Positions 41,171-53,148 of a stretch of 64,000 bases of DNA are shown one piece after another. Position 1 is the stretch's first letter. Every line of letters begins with the position of its first letter. A program made the position numbers and the translations under genes. The DNA is from Chlorokybus atmophyticus. Taxonomy: Eukaryota > Plantae > Mesostigma and Chlorokybus algae. Below the pieces are notes generated by a model. It saw nothing but the letters and a program-made list of their open reading frames with translations. It had not been told where the DNA came from and did not search any database. The DNA lies in contig RHPI01002069.1 of the NCBI GenBank assembly GCA_009103225.1, positions 893,378 through 957,377 on the forward strand, read 5' to 3'.

Positions 41171-42575
41171 GTCGTGAACCCCTCCAACTGCTCTCCCGTA
41201 CGCAACACCAACCCAAATATCCCGCTGCACCCAACGAGGCGATCTATCTTTCGGGAAGTATAGCAGCAATGCTGCGGCCCCCGACAGCAACCAGCACAGC
41301 AAAACCTCCGCCCCTCAGTGACTCAGCACTACCGACCTGCGCGTCGCTCATGAAGATATCTCGTTTAGCGTTGACATCCTAATGTTAAGCACATCAGCAG
41401 TCAGATATCGCTGTGCTCAGCGGATCAGCACGACTGCTGGGGGTGAGGCCGCGGAGTCAACCTGCCACATCACCGCTGCGCACGCACTTTCGTGCTTACC
41501 CGCACTAGGCCGGTTATGCTGATGTCACAATGACAAGACGATGACGCCCATCCGGACGCTTTCCTCTACGATGATGATCGTCATGTCGGCTTGTGCGCTC
41601 GTGGCTTCAATCCATAAGTTTGGTAAGAGGATGAGCAACGCACAAGGTGGCCTCCTTGTGCGTCCAAACGGATGGGCTCGAAAGCCACGTTGGAAGCCGC
41701 ATTTGGCGGCAAGGTGCGTGCGTCGGGGTATCGCGGTTTGAAACCGAGGGCCTTGATTGGGCAAAGACAACCGTGCATTGCGTCATTGAGCGTATTGTGC
41801 CAAGGATAGAGATTCTGACAACGACGGATGCAGATTCCGCCTAGCACGAGCCGGGCAAAACATCGTTTGCCAAAAGCTGGTAGCTGTGTTGATATCTGCT
41901 GCGCAAGAGCGTGGCTGCAACTTGTTGGGTGAGAGCAGAAGTCATGAGACTACTTTCTCAAACTCATGCCAAAGTACTGATGGCAATGTGCACTATGGGT
42001 ACCATCGCCTAGTACATGATGAGGCGATACTCACATGAAGTTTCTGCATAATGAAAGTCAACGGAAAGGGCCTTGCTGATATCGACGGGAGGGATGTCGT
42101 GGCGCCACGATGGCTCGCGGCTACGGCTAAGCTCGAAGGCTGCTGTCGCTTTTCGACACGCGCGCTTGATGATGGAGATGGCGGGGGGGGTTGCGTGCCA
42201 CCGTGGCGGGGCGTAGCTGACACGTCGTTTGAGTTTATCCCCATGCCACCCCCGCTTGGGCACGGACCCAGCCGCCGGCCGGTAACGACTACCACTCCCG
42301 GCCACAGGCGGATAACCACGACGCTGACGCTGACGGCAACCACGCGGCAACCGACGCAGCGACAACGTAGCTGCTAGCAGTAGTAGTGTTGAGCTTAGCA
42401 CGAGTTTAGCAGCAGCGGTTGTATATATTCAAGCCTAGTGCACAATAGTTGACAGGCAAAGCACACGGTGCGTTTTGTGCGGCAAGTGTGTGAGGCTTTT
42501 GTGTGAAGCTTGTAGTTGCTTGCAAGCAGAGTGTGCTTTGGCTTTGGGAGCGAGCAGCAGGTGTGTGAGGTCAAG
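41171..42575. promoter_or_regulatory. divergent intergenic region between malate synthase and isocitrate lyase (includes both 5' UTRs)
   Basis: ATG-to-ATG distance about 1.4 kb; TATATA at 42422-42427 upstream of ICL; no recognisable intervening gene; shared-promoter function is inferred. Confidence 0.6.
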
Positions 42576-44301
42576 ATGTCGCAGACAACCACCATTTCCA
42601 GGACGGCCGTCAGCAACGGCAGCGCCATGGCCAACGGCAATGGCAATGGCAAGATGGCCCACGGCCTCCCTTCTCGCTTTGAGGGCATCAAGCGGGACTA
42701 CACCGAGAGCGATGTGGAGCGCCTGCGCGGCTCTGAGCGCGGCCGTGTCGAGCACAGCCTTGCTCGCCGTGGCGCTGAGAAGCTGTGGCGCCTGCTGCAC
42801 AGCGAGCCCTACGTCCCTGCCCTTGGCGCCCTCTCCGGCAACCAGGCCATGCAGATGGTGAAGGCCGGTCTCAAGGCCATCTACCTGTCCGGCTGGCAAG
42901 TGGCTGCCGACGCCAACACTGCTGGCCAGATGTACCCTGGTGAGCACCTTATCTCTGCATTGCACCTGTTTTCTTTGTGGTTGCAGTCGCATTCTTGATG
43001 GTCTTGTTTCAGCTTGCACAGATCTTGTTGACAGCAGTATGGCATTGTTTGCACTTCTGGGGGACGTTTGGGCTCAGGCACAATGCTTCATTGTGAATGC
43101 CGCTTCTTGCGTGGCTGACTATGCTGTTGTGATTATGCAGACCAGTCGCTCTACCCTGCGAACAGTGCACCTGAGCTAGCCCGCAAGATCAACAGGACCT
43201 TCCAGCGCGCTGACCAGATCCAGCACTACGAACGCTCCTCGGGCATCAGCGACCTCGACGTTGACTACTTCGCACCCATCGTGGCTGATGCTGAGGCTGG
43301 CTTTGGCGGTCCACTGAACGCCTATGAAATCATGAAGAACTTCATCGAGGCTGGCGCTTCTGGTGTGCACTTTGAGGTGAGGTCGTCTGCTTAGGCTTGT
43401 CTTCAGCTTAGCTGAGTTTTTGTTTTCTCTCTTTCTTGTTACCTTGGCTATGGAGTAGTTCCTTGCAAGGCCCTTGCTAATACTAATACTCGTGTGCTCT
43501 CAGGACCAACTGGCTTCCGAGAAGAAGTGTGGCCACCTTGGTGGCAAGGTCCTGATCCCCATCCAGCAGTTCCTCCGGACGCTGAATGCTGCACGCCTCG
43601 CTGCTGATGTTGAAGGCGTCCCTACCATCATTGTTGCCCGCACAGACGCTCACTCAGCAAAGCTGCTGACGTCCGACATTGACGAGCGCGACCATCCCTT
43701 CATCACCGGCGAGCGCACCGCTGAGGGGTACTACCGCATCAAGGAGAGCTGCGGCGTTGACTACTGCATTGCACGTTGCCTAGAGTATGCCCCCTATGCT
43801 GACCTGCTGTGGTGGGAGACCTCTGAGCCCAACATGGAGGAGGCCGAGAAGTTTGCGCGCGCCATCCATGAGAAGTACCCCGGCAAGCTGCTGGCCTACA
43901 ACTGCTCACCGTCCTTCAACTGGAAGGCCAAGCTCAGTGACCGTGACATCGCCGACTTCCAGGAGAAGCTTGGCGCCATGGGTTACAAGTTCCAGTTCAT
44001 CACCCTGGCTGGCTTCCACTGCTTGAACTACCACATGTTCGACCTCGCTCAGAACTACCGCGACTATGGTATGTCTGCATACTCTGAGCTGCAGCAGAAA
44101 GAGTTTGGTGCTGCTCCTCGCGGCTACACGGCATCCAAGCACCAGCGCGAGGTGGGCACCGGGTACTTTGACGCTGTGTCGATGGCCATCACTGCGGGCA
44201 AGTCCTCAACCACTGCCATGAAGGAGTCGACAGAGGCTGCCCAGTTCCAGAAGGCGCACTACCAGGCGACAGTGTCAGTGCCCGCTGCGTACGCTCTATA
44301 G
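42576..44301 (+). CDS. ICL1: isocitrate lyase, short bacterial-like type (exons 42576-42939, 43141-43376, 43504-44301; 465 aa)
   Basis: [16 protein letters not shown]; [14 protein letters not shown]; MYPDQSLYP; [12 protein letters not shown]; [20 protein letters not shown] (catalytic KKCGH); [10 protein letters not shown]; [12 protein letters not shown]. Confidence 0.98.
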
Positions 44302-46689
44302 TGACCCGTTGTTGTTGTTGCAGTTGACGCCAGATTGTGCTGCACACCTCAGTGCTTGCAGTCCAATCACCTCCCCTGCACAGCATTCTGCGTCGCTGTG
44401 CCATTTGTTTGCCCGGTCTAGTGGCGGTTGTAGTTATAGGCTGTAGTCGTAGTGTATATGTGCCTTTTGGGTGTAATTTTGGAAACATTCTTCAATCCCA
44501 CACCATGTTTTCGTATATTTGTGGAGTTCTGCTGCATTGCACGTCCGTTTGTGTAACCAGGAGATACTGTGTGTAGCTGCCTGATTGACTGACTGGCTGT
44601 GCATGCATGTTTGTGGCTGGTTGGCTGTGCGTGTCTTCGTGAGTTTCACTTATATCTATGTGTGCTGTGGCTACAGCTTGCTATCACCCGCATGCATGTA
44701 GACAAGCAGCGTGTGCTAGCGCATTGGTGGTGTGGTAACATGCTCACATGGTTGTGCTACTGTTTGGGCCACGCATGCTTACAATCGCACTGTATACCTC
44801 CATCTCGTTGCAGCGCACCCAACATCCACAGACAGCACACTGCAGACTCACACCACACAGCTGCAGCACATTGTTTGTTCTCTGTTGTTAATCTTATTGT
44901 ACGCCATGCTGTCTCCCTTTGCGCATTCCTTTTACACTGACTGCAACAGTAAGTGCCAACAGCAGTACCCGCAATTACACATGCTGACGGCGGTGATGTG
45001 AGCCGCTGGGTGAAGGTTTTGGTGTGGTGGGCGAGGGGTTAACCATGGGTAGTGCCGTGACTGCATGGTCGCATGATGTGTGCCGTGTGCGGCTTATCAT
45101 GCTCTGCGTGTGGGTATGCATTGATGCCAGGCTATGGCGTGCGTAAGTAGAGCTGGCGTGCGAAGTGCTAATACGACCCATGTACATTGGTATAAATGAG
45201 AGTTTCTAAAAGATGTGGAGTAGGATTGCAATCACATAGCGCCCACTGCCGGGTTGTTGCCACAGCACTGCTCAGCTTGTTTTACGACCTTGGACCTTGG
45301 GCACATGATGAACGACGGTGATACTTTGTGATATTCTTGTTAACAAAGCTGATCTCGTGGTGTGTACTTGCCATGCGTAGCGGAATACGTTTCTGCACTA
45401 GGCGCACTGCGTCATGCAGAGTATATGGAGCACTGCACAAGGCTGTGTCTGGTTGCATTCCCTATTGCGTAATACACAAATGCCATGGCAATATGCGAGA
45501 GGAACGGGTAATTTTACCATCATGATTTGAGTTGAGTAGTTGCGGAATGCAGCAAGTCAGCACATGCAAACCGCAAGTAACCGCACATCCCGGTGACTAA
45601 CGCCCACTGCCAGTTGCTTGCACTTGTGTCCTCCCCCTTGCTGGGTATCGCTTGATGGAAGGCCGACACGCATGCGCAATAGTGGTCATGAAAATGGAGT
45701 GCGTGTATGTAGTGTGGGCAGCTTCGTCAGTCAAGTTATACGTTGTAACATCCAGTGCCGTGCATGCAATCTCTCTTGGTGCCTGTGTGCGTGCGGGCGT
45801 GTGCGGGGGCGTGTGCGTGAGTGGGTGAGCGACTCTGTGTGTGAATAGGGTTGCCTTTGAGTCTCAGACTGTGACAAACACGATGAATTGGAGCAAACTG
45901 ACTGTCACACAAGTTGTACAGTTGTCTGTTTTGAACGTGCGCACTACAATGCTTCAGCACAAAGCCGGCGCAAGATTGCCAACAATCGACTACTGGTGCC
46001 AGCAGTGGTGGCGGCGGCGGCAGCGGCGGTGTCTAGAAAGAGCGCTGCACTGGCCGGTTCCAAGCAGTGCTGTCACAACAGTATCGTCATAACACCAGCG
46101 TGCTGAGGGTGCCCCCGGCGCTGAGAGTGGCTTGCGCAAGCTTGTGCCGTCTGCAAGGGGAGGAGGCGGTTAGGTATGCTGTTCACATGGTGTTCTGTCG
46201 GTCCATACCAGAGCTCAGTGGTTGCTACCTCTGGCTAGGGTAGAGCTGCTGCTCACCACCGGCTTTGTTGCTTCGGGTGTAGCTCTGCACTGGCCTATGA
46301 AGCCAGTTGCTGATGAGGAACGTTTGGCTAGGTCAGTGTGTTACAGCACCTGCCGATTGTCGAAGCGTCTACGTGTCCTCAATAAAGCGTAGGTCTTTCC
46401 ATGCCTTTTCTCTAGAGCACGATGTTTGCACTCCAACATTGGCGTGGAGTCGCACCGCCGACTTCAGCATTCAGCGCCCAATCAGGCTCAGCATCACATG
46501 TCTTCTGCCTGTCCTTATGCTACAGACGCATTCTGCCCTTGTGGTGTTGCTGTTGGATGCTTCAAATCGACGCATAAGCCCAAGGGTTGTCTTTGTTCTC
46601 GTGCATGCACGGTGTCATTGGGTCAATTAGTTAGTCGGTTGTAGACTCCTGCACTCACCACTTTCCCTTGGCAGGGCTCATCCATCCTG

Positions 46690-48204
46690 CTTGGCGGCAG
46701 CATGTATGCCTCAAGTCTCTGCACTCTGCAGCTGCCGCTGCGGCTCGCTCTGGTGCACAGCGGTCGTTGCAAGCGTTCGCGCGCAAGGGTAGGCTCACTG
46801 TGCCCAGCCGCAGCACAGCATACAACGACAGCGACAAGCGTAGGTGAGTGAGGAGTCTAGTCGTAAGGATGCGACAGACTGTATAGTCTCGCACGCACGC
46901 ATGCACGCACACATGCACATGCAGTGCGCCATGCAACAGCTTGTGTTCCACAGTGGGTTCTGTGAAGTTGGGGGAAGACAGCAGGCACTTAGAGCAGCTG
47001 GTGTTGGAGGGAGCAAGGGTGACGCACCTTGCGCACTGGTGCGTGTGGCAACGCGGGCCTTCTTGTACATGCATAAAGCTGCCGTACCTTGCGCATGCGC
47101 ATGGAGAAGCAACTTGCTCACGGCATTTTGTGTTCTCGTAATGCAGCATTTGGCAAAGGGTTCTTCGACCAGGGGACATGGTGATTGATGCTACTGCCGG
47201 CAACGGCCACGACACGCTTAAGCTTGCACGGACCGTTTTGCACTCGTCCTTGGTGTGGTACTTTGGTGAAGAGATGCTAAGCAAGTTTGACATTCTTGTC
47301 GCTTCTACCATGCCATTCTCAGTCAACTGAGACTGTGTTGACAGGATGGTAGTGAGGAGCTTTGCGGAATGGTGCATGCGCTTGACATCCAAGAGGACGC
47401 CATAAGCACAACAAAGTGGCGACTGCAAGAAAATCTTACATCCGCTCAGGTTATCCGCTTGTACACGGCATAGCATGCGTGTTACTATTGCGAAGGTGCT
47501 GTGCTGGAGCCAGCCAAGACCTAGCTTTTCTTTTTTGTGAGCAGATGGAACGAGTGCATTTCACACGTTGCTGTCATTCGCAACTCGACAACATGTTTCA
47601 GGCCAATACTGCCAGGTGGGCATGCGATGTTGTATGGAGTTGGTCAAGTAAGCACTCGCGTGTGTTAACTTACGGTTTCCTTTACCGTCATGCTGCAGGC
47701 TAGTCTGTTTCAATCTGGGGTACTTGCCAGGCCTACCAAACCAGCGCGAGGTCCGCACGAGCGCAGACACAACCGCGCAAGCGGTTCAGGGCGCATGCCG
47801 CGTGCTTGCGCCAGGAGGCTTGCTGAGCGTCATTGCGTACATTGGACACCCTGGTGGGAGGTACGCATGCTTTGGTCATACTGATGCCATGCGTGGTTTG
47901 ACATTGTCAACATGCACTGCATCGGTATCACATTCACTGTTTGTGCCTGTATACACGGGTAAGGTGATAGCTCGCGCAGTTTACTATCACACCGCTTAAG
48001 AATGGCACATGCAGGGAGGAGTATGAGCAGGTTTGCGAGACACTTGCTGCTCTGCCAATGAACGAATGGGTCACCAGCCACCACTGCTATCTGAACAAGG
48101 CACTCAGTCCGAGGCTGCTACTTGCGCAGAAGAAGGCTGATTCCGGGGGGGCAATTGCTGAGGTAACAGCTGACGTTTCGGCTGAATGGTTGCTCAAACA
48201 CTGA
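46690..48204 (+). CDS. SAM-dependent methyltransferase, MnmM/YtqB (putative rRNA methylase family)-like; start uncertain, may extend 5'
   Basis: RVTHLAH|..VLRPGDMVIDATAGNGHDTLKLA; ALDIQEDAI; LVCFNLGYLPG; LAPGGLLSVIAYIGHPGG|EEYEQV. Confidence 0.85.
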
Positions 48205-49187
48205 TCCGCAATGCTGTCTGGCAAGCTGGCATGCATTGCTACTGTTCAAACTCATGCACTATTTCTGCCACCTATAATTGATGCTATGCGAGGGCGATGA
48301 CATGCTGACAGCATCTTATAGGATTGGCACTTTGTAGCATGATGGTACATGCAACGCTGCTTGCCATCCACATGTGGTACGTCATAATAGTAGACAGAAG
48401 GTCTACCTGTTGTATGAGAGGCAACTTAACTAGCAACATGACCACGCACTTGATAGCTCCAACAGCGGAATCCATCGATGATGTCTTGTTGCATCCGTTT
48501 CTAACTCTACTGTACTTTTGCATAATGTATAAGGGGTATGGTACGGTGGCAGCATGTGTGTTGTTCATGGTAGGATTGTCTCCTATTGTCTCCTCTAGAT
48601 GCTACACTCATCTGGCTCCTGATCTTTGAAGAAAACCCTTCTAGATTTGTCAATACTATCTGCCACCACAATTTACAGGGAACCTGTACTAAGCTCCAGA
48701 GTGTTGGCAATATGTACACGGAGTGCAGTTGCTTACCCAGTACACATGCAAGTCCTGCATTGATGTACATAGAATCACAAGGTCGTGCAGAAATGTCGTC
48801 CTATGCCATGTGTGGGTGCGTGGCATGATTGTGCTCGCGGAAGCATTAGGGCTGGCCCAAGCACACATACCGTGCTTGCAGCCACCTGCACATGCATGAA
48901 GTGGCGCGGCATAACCCGTCACCAACAGGCAGTCAGCACACTCTCGCAAAGTGAACAGGCAGTGCTAGCTGTGGTGCGCGTACACTCAAGAGGAAAGACA
49001 CCCAGTACACCGCACTGCTAGACTGAGTGCAAAGAAGTGATGAGCGCAGCAGGGCGCTGGACAGGAGAACAGGCATCTTGAGCCCAGTCTATCATCATTT
49101 AAAATGCTATCAGCCGGACTGAGAACAATCCATACACGCCCTACAGCTCTCTACAGCTCACTGCAAATGGTGCTCACACGAAGCAAT

Positions 49188-52100
49188 CTAATCATCTAGG
49201 TAGTAATAGGTGCCAGCAAGCTTCTGTTCCCTGTCTTTTGTTGAGTCCATCTTGTTGATGCGCGGCCTGTAGTTGGTGGGATCTCTCCTGAAGGTAATCT
49301 CCAGGTTCTGCACACCAGGAAGGACAGTAGTGAGTACGAGACCCTACCTCATAACAGAGTCAAGCTTGAGTGAGGGATGCATACCGATAAGAAGAGGTTC
49401 ATGCCGGTGATCAATGACTGTGGTGTGTGCGCTGTGCAGTCAATGGAAGGCGTGCCATCATAAACAATCACTCTGTCAGCCAGGTAGGTGGCCATGATGA
49501 AGTCGTGCTCCACAATAAAGGCTGTCTTCTTGGCGTGCAGGATGAAGCGCTTGATGACCTTGGCAGCAACAATGCGCTGCTCTGAATCCAGGTACGCACT
49601 TGGTTCATCGATCAGGTAGATGTCTGCGGGCTGCGCGCATGCACAAGTGTCAGCTGCCTTTTTCTTGAAAGGGCCAACACCACTGATGATCACGTGCTGA
49701 CATGCTAATACCACAACTGACCTGACCAAGGCAGAGTGCAAGAGCAACGCGCTGAAGCTCTCCACCAGAAAGGTGGATGACCTCCTGATCCATCAAGGGG
49801 TCGATCTGCAACCAAATGGAAGTTGTTGCAGTGAACAGCAATCCCTAAACCTGCTGGCAACAATGCGGCTAAAGTTAACCTTGCACGATATGAGCTGGCT
49901 TACCTGCAAGGGCTTCATGACATCGGTGTTGAACTGAGGGTGGAGGTACGATTCCCTAATCTTCTTATGTAGTAACAACCGCACCTGCATTGCCATAACC
50001 AAGGGTAGGCGTAAGTGCTCAAAACTGTACGACCGTAGATTGGGCTTGCAAGCAACTCTTGTGACACGTCTGGTGCGCAATAAATGCCGTTGATAACAAC
50101 TGTCATACCGTTCCCGCAAACTTCGGACTGATCTTCTGGGGTTTGTAGCTAACATTGAACTCCGGCACTTCAGCGCGATCGTCATCATCAGGCTTCAGCA
50201 AGCCGGCAAGCATGCGAATGAACGTTGTCTTTCCAGTACCATTCTCTCCAAGCATAACCACAATCTGGGAATCAGTAAAGTCCCCCTCCTCAACATGTAA
50301 GTGGAAATCGCCCTGCGTTTTATCCATCTCCGGGTAGTGGTAGCGAGCGTACGACTTGATCTCTTCCTCCTTCTCATTTACAACCTCAGCCACTTTGAAA
50401 GTGAGTGACTCGTCTCGGAAACGCAGGTTCTCCGTAGGCACAAAGCCCGCCAAAAAAATGTTGATGCCCTCACGCACAGAGAACGGCAACGTGACAACAC
50501 CATATGCTCCAGGCTTGCCATACAGACAGCAGATAAAGTCCGAGAGGTAGTCCAACACGCTCAAATCGTGCTCGACCACAATAACATAGCTGCCAAACAC
50601 GAGAATTGTCCCATGAACCTGCCAAGACAAAGGACAATAGGAAAGATATGTAGTTGCAAGACTGCACCTGGTTGGGTGTAGGAGGCTGCGAATCACACGC
50701 GCTGCTTTCAACCTCTGCTTCACATCCAGATAACTTGAAGGCTCGTCAAACCTGAAACAGTGAAGCAATCTGCATCTGTACAAGTACCTCCAGCACTTAT
50801 TTGAGGACTTACATGTACACGTCCCCCTGTTGCGCAGCAACAACAGCAATTGCAAAGCGCTGTAGTTCTCCTCCTGAAAGGTTTTCGACAGCCCGATCGA
50901 GCACTTGTTCAAGATCTGCAAACCAGACATTGTTACACTGACTCGAGACCAACAGCGGCGACAGCAAACAGCGCGCTGCCTGCAAACCGGGGTCGGCTGT
51001 TGCAAAAAAGTATTGTGACTACTGCAACTTACCCAAGTCCTCAAGCAACGTCTGCTTGACATCCCGTTCATTCTTCTGTTCAAGTACCTGCACAACAAGC
51101 GCGTCAGCTGTGCCTGCGTAATTAACATACTGCTCTACTAAGCTTGATACCCATTGCTTATTTTCTCCCAGTCGACATACCTCCCCAACATTGCCTTTGA
51201 CTGCCTTGGGGATGTGATCAACATACTGCGGCTTGATAATGGCCTTGAGATTGTCCTCAAGTATGCGCGTGAAGTAGTTTTGCAATTCTGACCCTCGGAA
51301 GTTGGTCAAAATTTCCTGCCAATCTGGAGGGTTCTGCGCAACACCGCATCGCTCAGCATGTGACCACACTGGACATCGCAAGCCGCCGATTGTGCAAGCT
51401 AGCCTTTGCATGGCGCGTGCACTGAACTTACGTCAAATCGTCCAAGATTGGGCTTGGTCTTGCCAGCCAAAATCTTCAGTGCGGTGGATTTGCCTATGCC
51501 GTTGGTGCCCACAAGTCCTAAAACCTGACCAGGTCTTGGAACTGGCAACCTGCGGAGCCAGAAAGTCAAAAGCCTCCCAATAAGTAAATCATGTGACCAT
51601 CAAATCAGCAGGAAAGTGCTCTACACGCATGTAGTGCCACAAGACAGACACAACAGCATCGCAGATGCTAAGTACCTGTGCAACTTGAATGTGTTTGGAC
51701 CATAGCGATGTGTTGTGTCTTTAGCCAAGTCCTTGGGCAAGTTGATAATCTGGATTGCTTCAAACGGGCATTTCTGTAAGCGCAAGCTTGTTCAGTTTCA
51801 CATGCAAATATGTATATGCACCATATGTGCGTTCAATGGCGATGCGGAACATGGCACTGACCAACGAGAACGGAGAGCTGGACTCACCTTGACGCATATA
51901 CCGCAACCTATACAAAGATCTTCAGATACCCAAGCGATCTTCGAGAGAGATGTGACCTCTATGCACAACTTGCCTGCAGCCAATATCCAGCTATAATCAG
52001 CGTGCATGCGACTATATCTCCTAAGGGAACAGTGTAGAAATGTTTGCCCAAGCGCAGCAATCCATGCCACAGGCATGACGATGCAATGCAGTGGCTTTGC

Positions 52101-52674
52101 TTCCCCTCTTATGCTCGACTGGACTCAGCTGCATAGCAATCTGTTTGTTGCAAGTAAATTTTGTATGCTGCTTCTGCAACCACCGTTATCCGAGCAAACT
52201 GTTCCATGCAAAGAGACGCTTTGTCGTTAACACAGGAGAGCTTTTCTTGTGACTACAGTAATTGGAAAACGTTCTTGCAGGCTAAAACCGTCATGGGTAG
52301 CACTAGCATTTCTCTTACGCACATAACATGCATGCACGTACGTAGCTACCTAAGTAGATGTGAGTGCAAGACACCTCAGCGCACATACTGACGAAGGACG
52401 AGCACATACAACGAGATGCATGCACTGCGCTGTTAGTGTTTGACCACAACACCACGACACAAACCAGAGCAGCACAGACGTACACCACACATGCTGTGGA
52501 GGAAGCATGAATAGTTTCCGACGTGTGATGGCATGAGTTATCCCACAAAGTGTAATAGGCACACTGCTTACCAATCTTCACGACAGGACAGCTCTTCTTG
52601 CACTCCTGTCTGCATTTTTTGGGCTTGCAGCGGTCCGCACTGACTATGGCAATACGTGTCAACTTCTCATCCAT
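49188..52674 (-). CDS. ABCE1: ABC ATPase ABCE1/RLI1 (Fe-S ribosome recycling factor, multi-exon)
   Basis: [25 protein letters not shown]; [13 protein letters not shown]; GTNGIGKST; LSGGELQR twice; [12 protein letters not shown]; GENGTGKTT; [12 protein letters not shown]; [16 protein letters not shown]. Confidence 0.98.
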
Positions 52675-53148
52675 CGCTGCTGCCTGGGTGGGGAGGGCAC
52701 CCCCAACAACCCTCCCAGCAGCAACCTCCCACGCTCAACCACCAGCAGCCTATAAGCCCAAACACTTTGTAGACTGGAAGCAATCAGCCCAGCTTATGAA
52801 ACGTACAAGTATCCCCTAAACCCTTTGCCACCACCGCTGCTCCTTACAAGACCAACCTCCCCACTCCTGCTGCTAACGCCGGCGGCGGCGGCAGCACCAA
52901 CACCGCTGTAGTGTTGGCAGAGTTAGGGTTTCTGTTCCAGGTCGACAGAAGTGAAACAGACGATCCAGAAGCTCCGACCCTGGATGTATAACCCCGATCA
53001 GTCACAAAGGCGATCTATCGACCCGGAAATCAAGCCCGAGCGCCCCTGGCTTGCGTTGGCGCCATCCATCGCGGTCTTGTCGTTGGTGTCGGTGTTGGTG
53101 TTGGCGGCGGAGGAGCCGGCGTAGGGTTCGGAGGGGATCGGTGGAGTT

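Noticed and set aside
40919-41302. Upstream in-frame extension of malate synthase as a PTS2 or targeting peptide
   Set aside because: No R-(L/I)-x5-H-L nonapeptide; the ATG at 41170 fits typical homologue length.
46655-47476. 273-aa minus-strand ORF
   Set aside because: Antisense to the methyltransferase exons and introns, with no recognisable motif.
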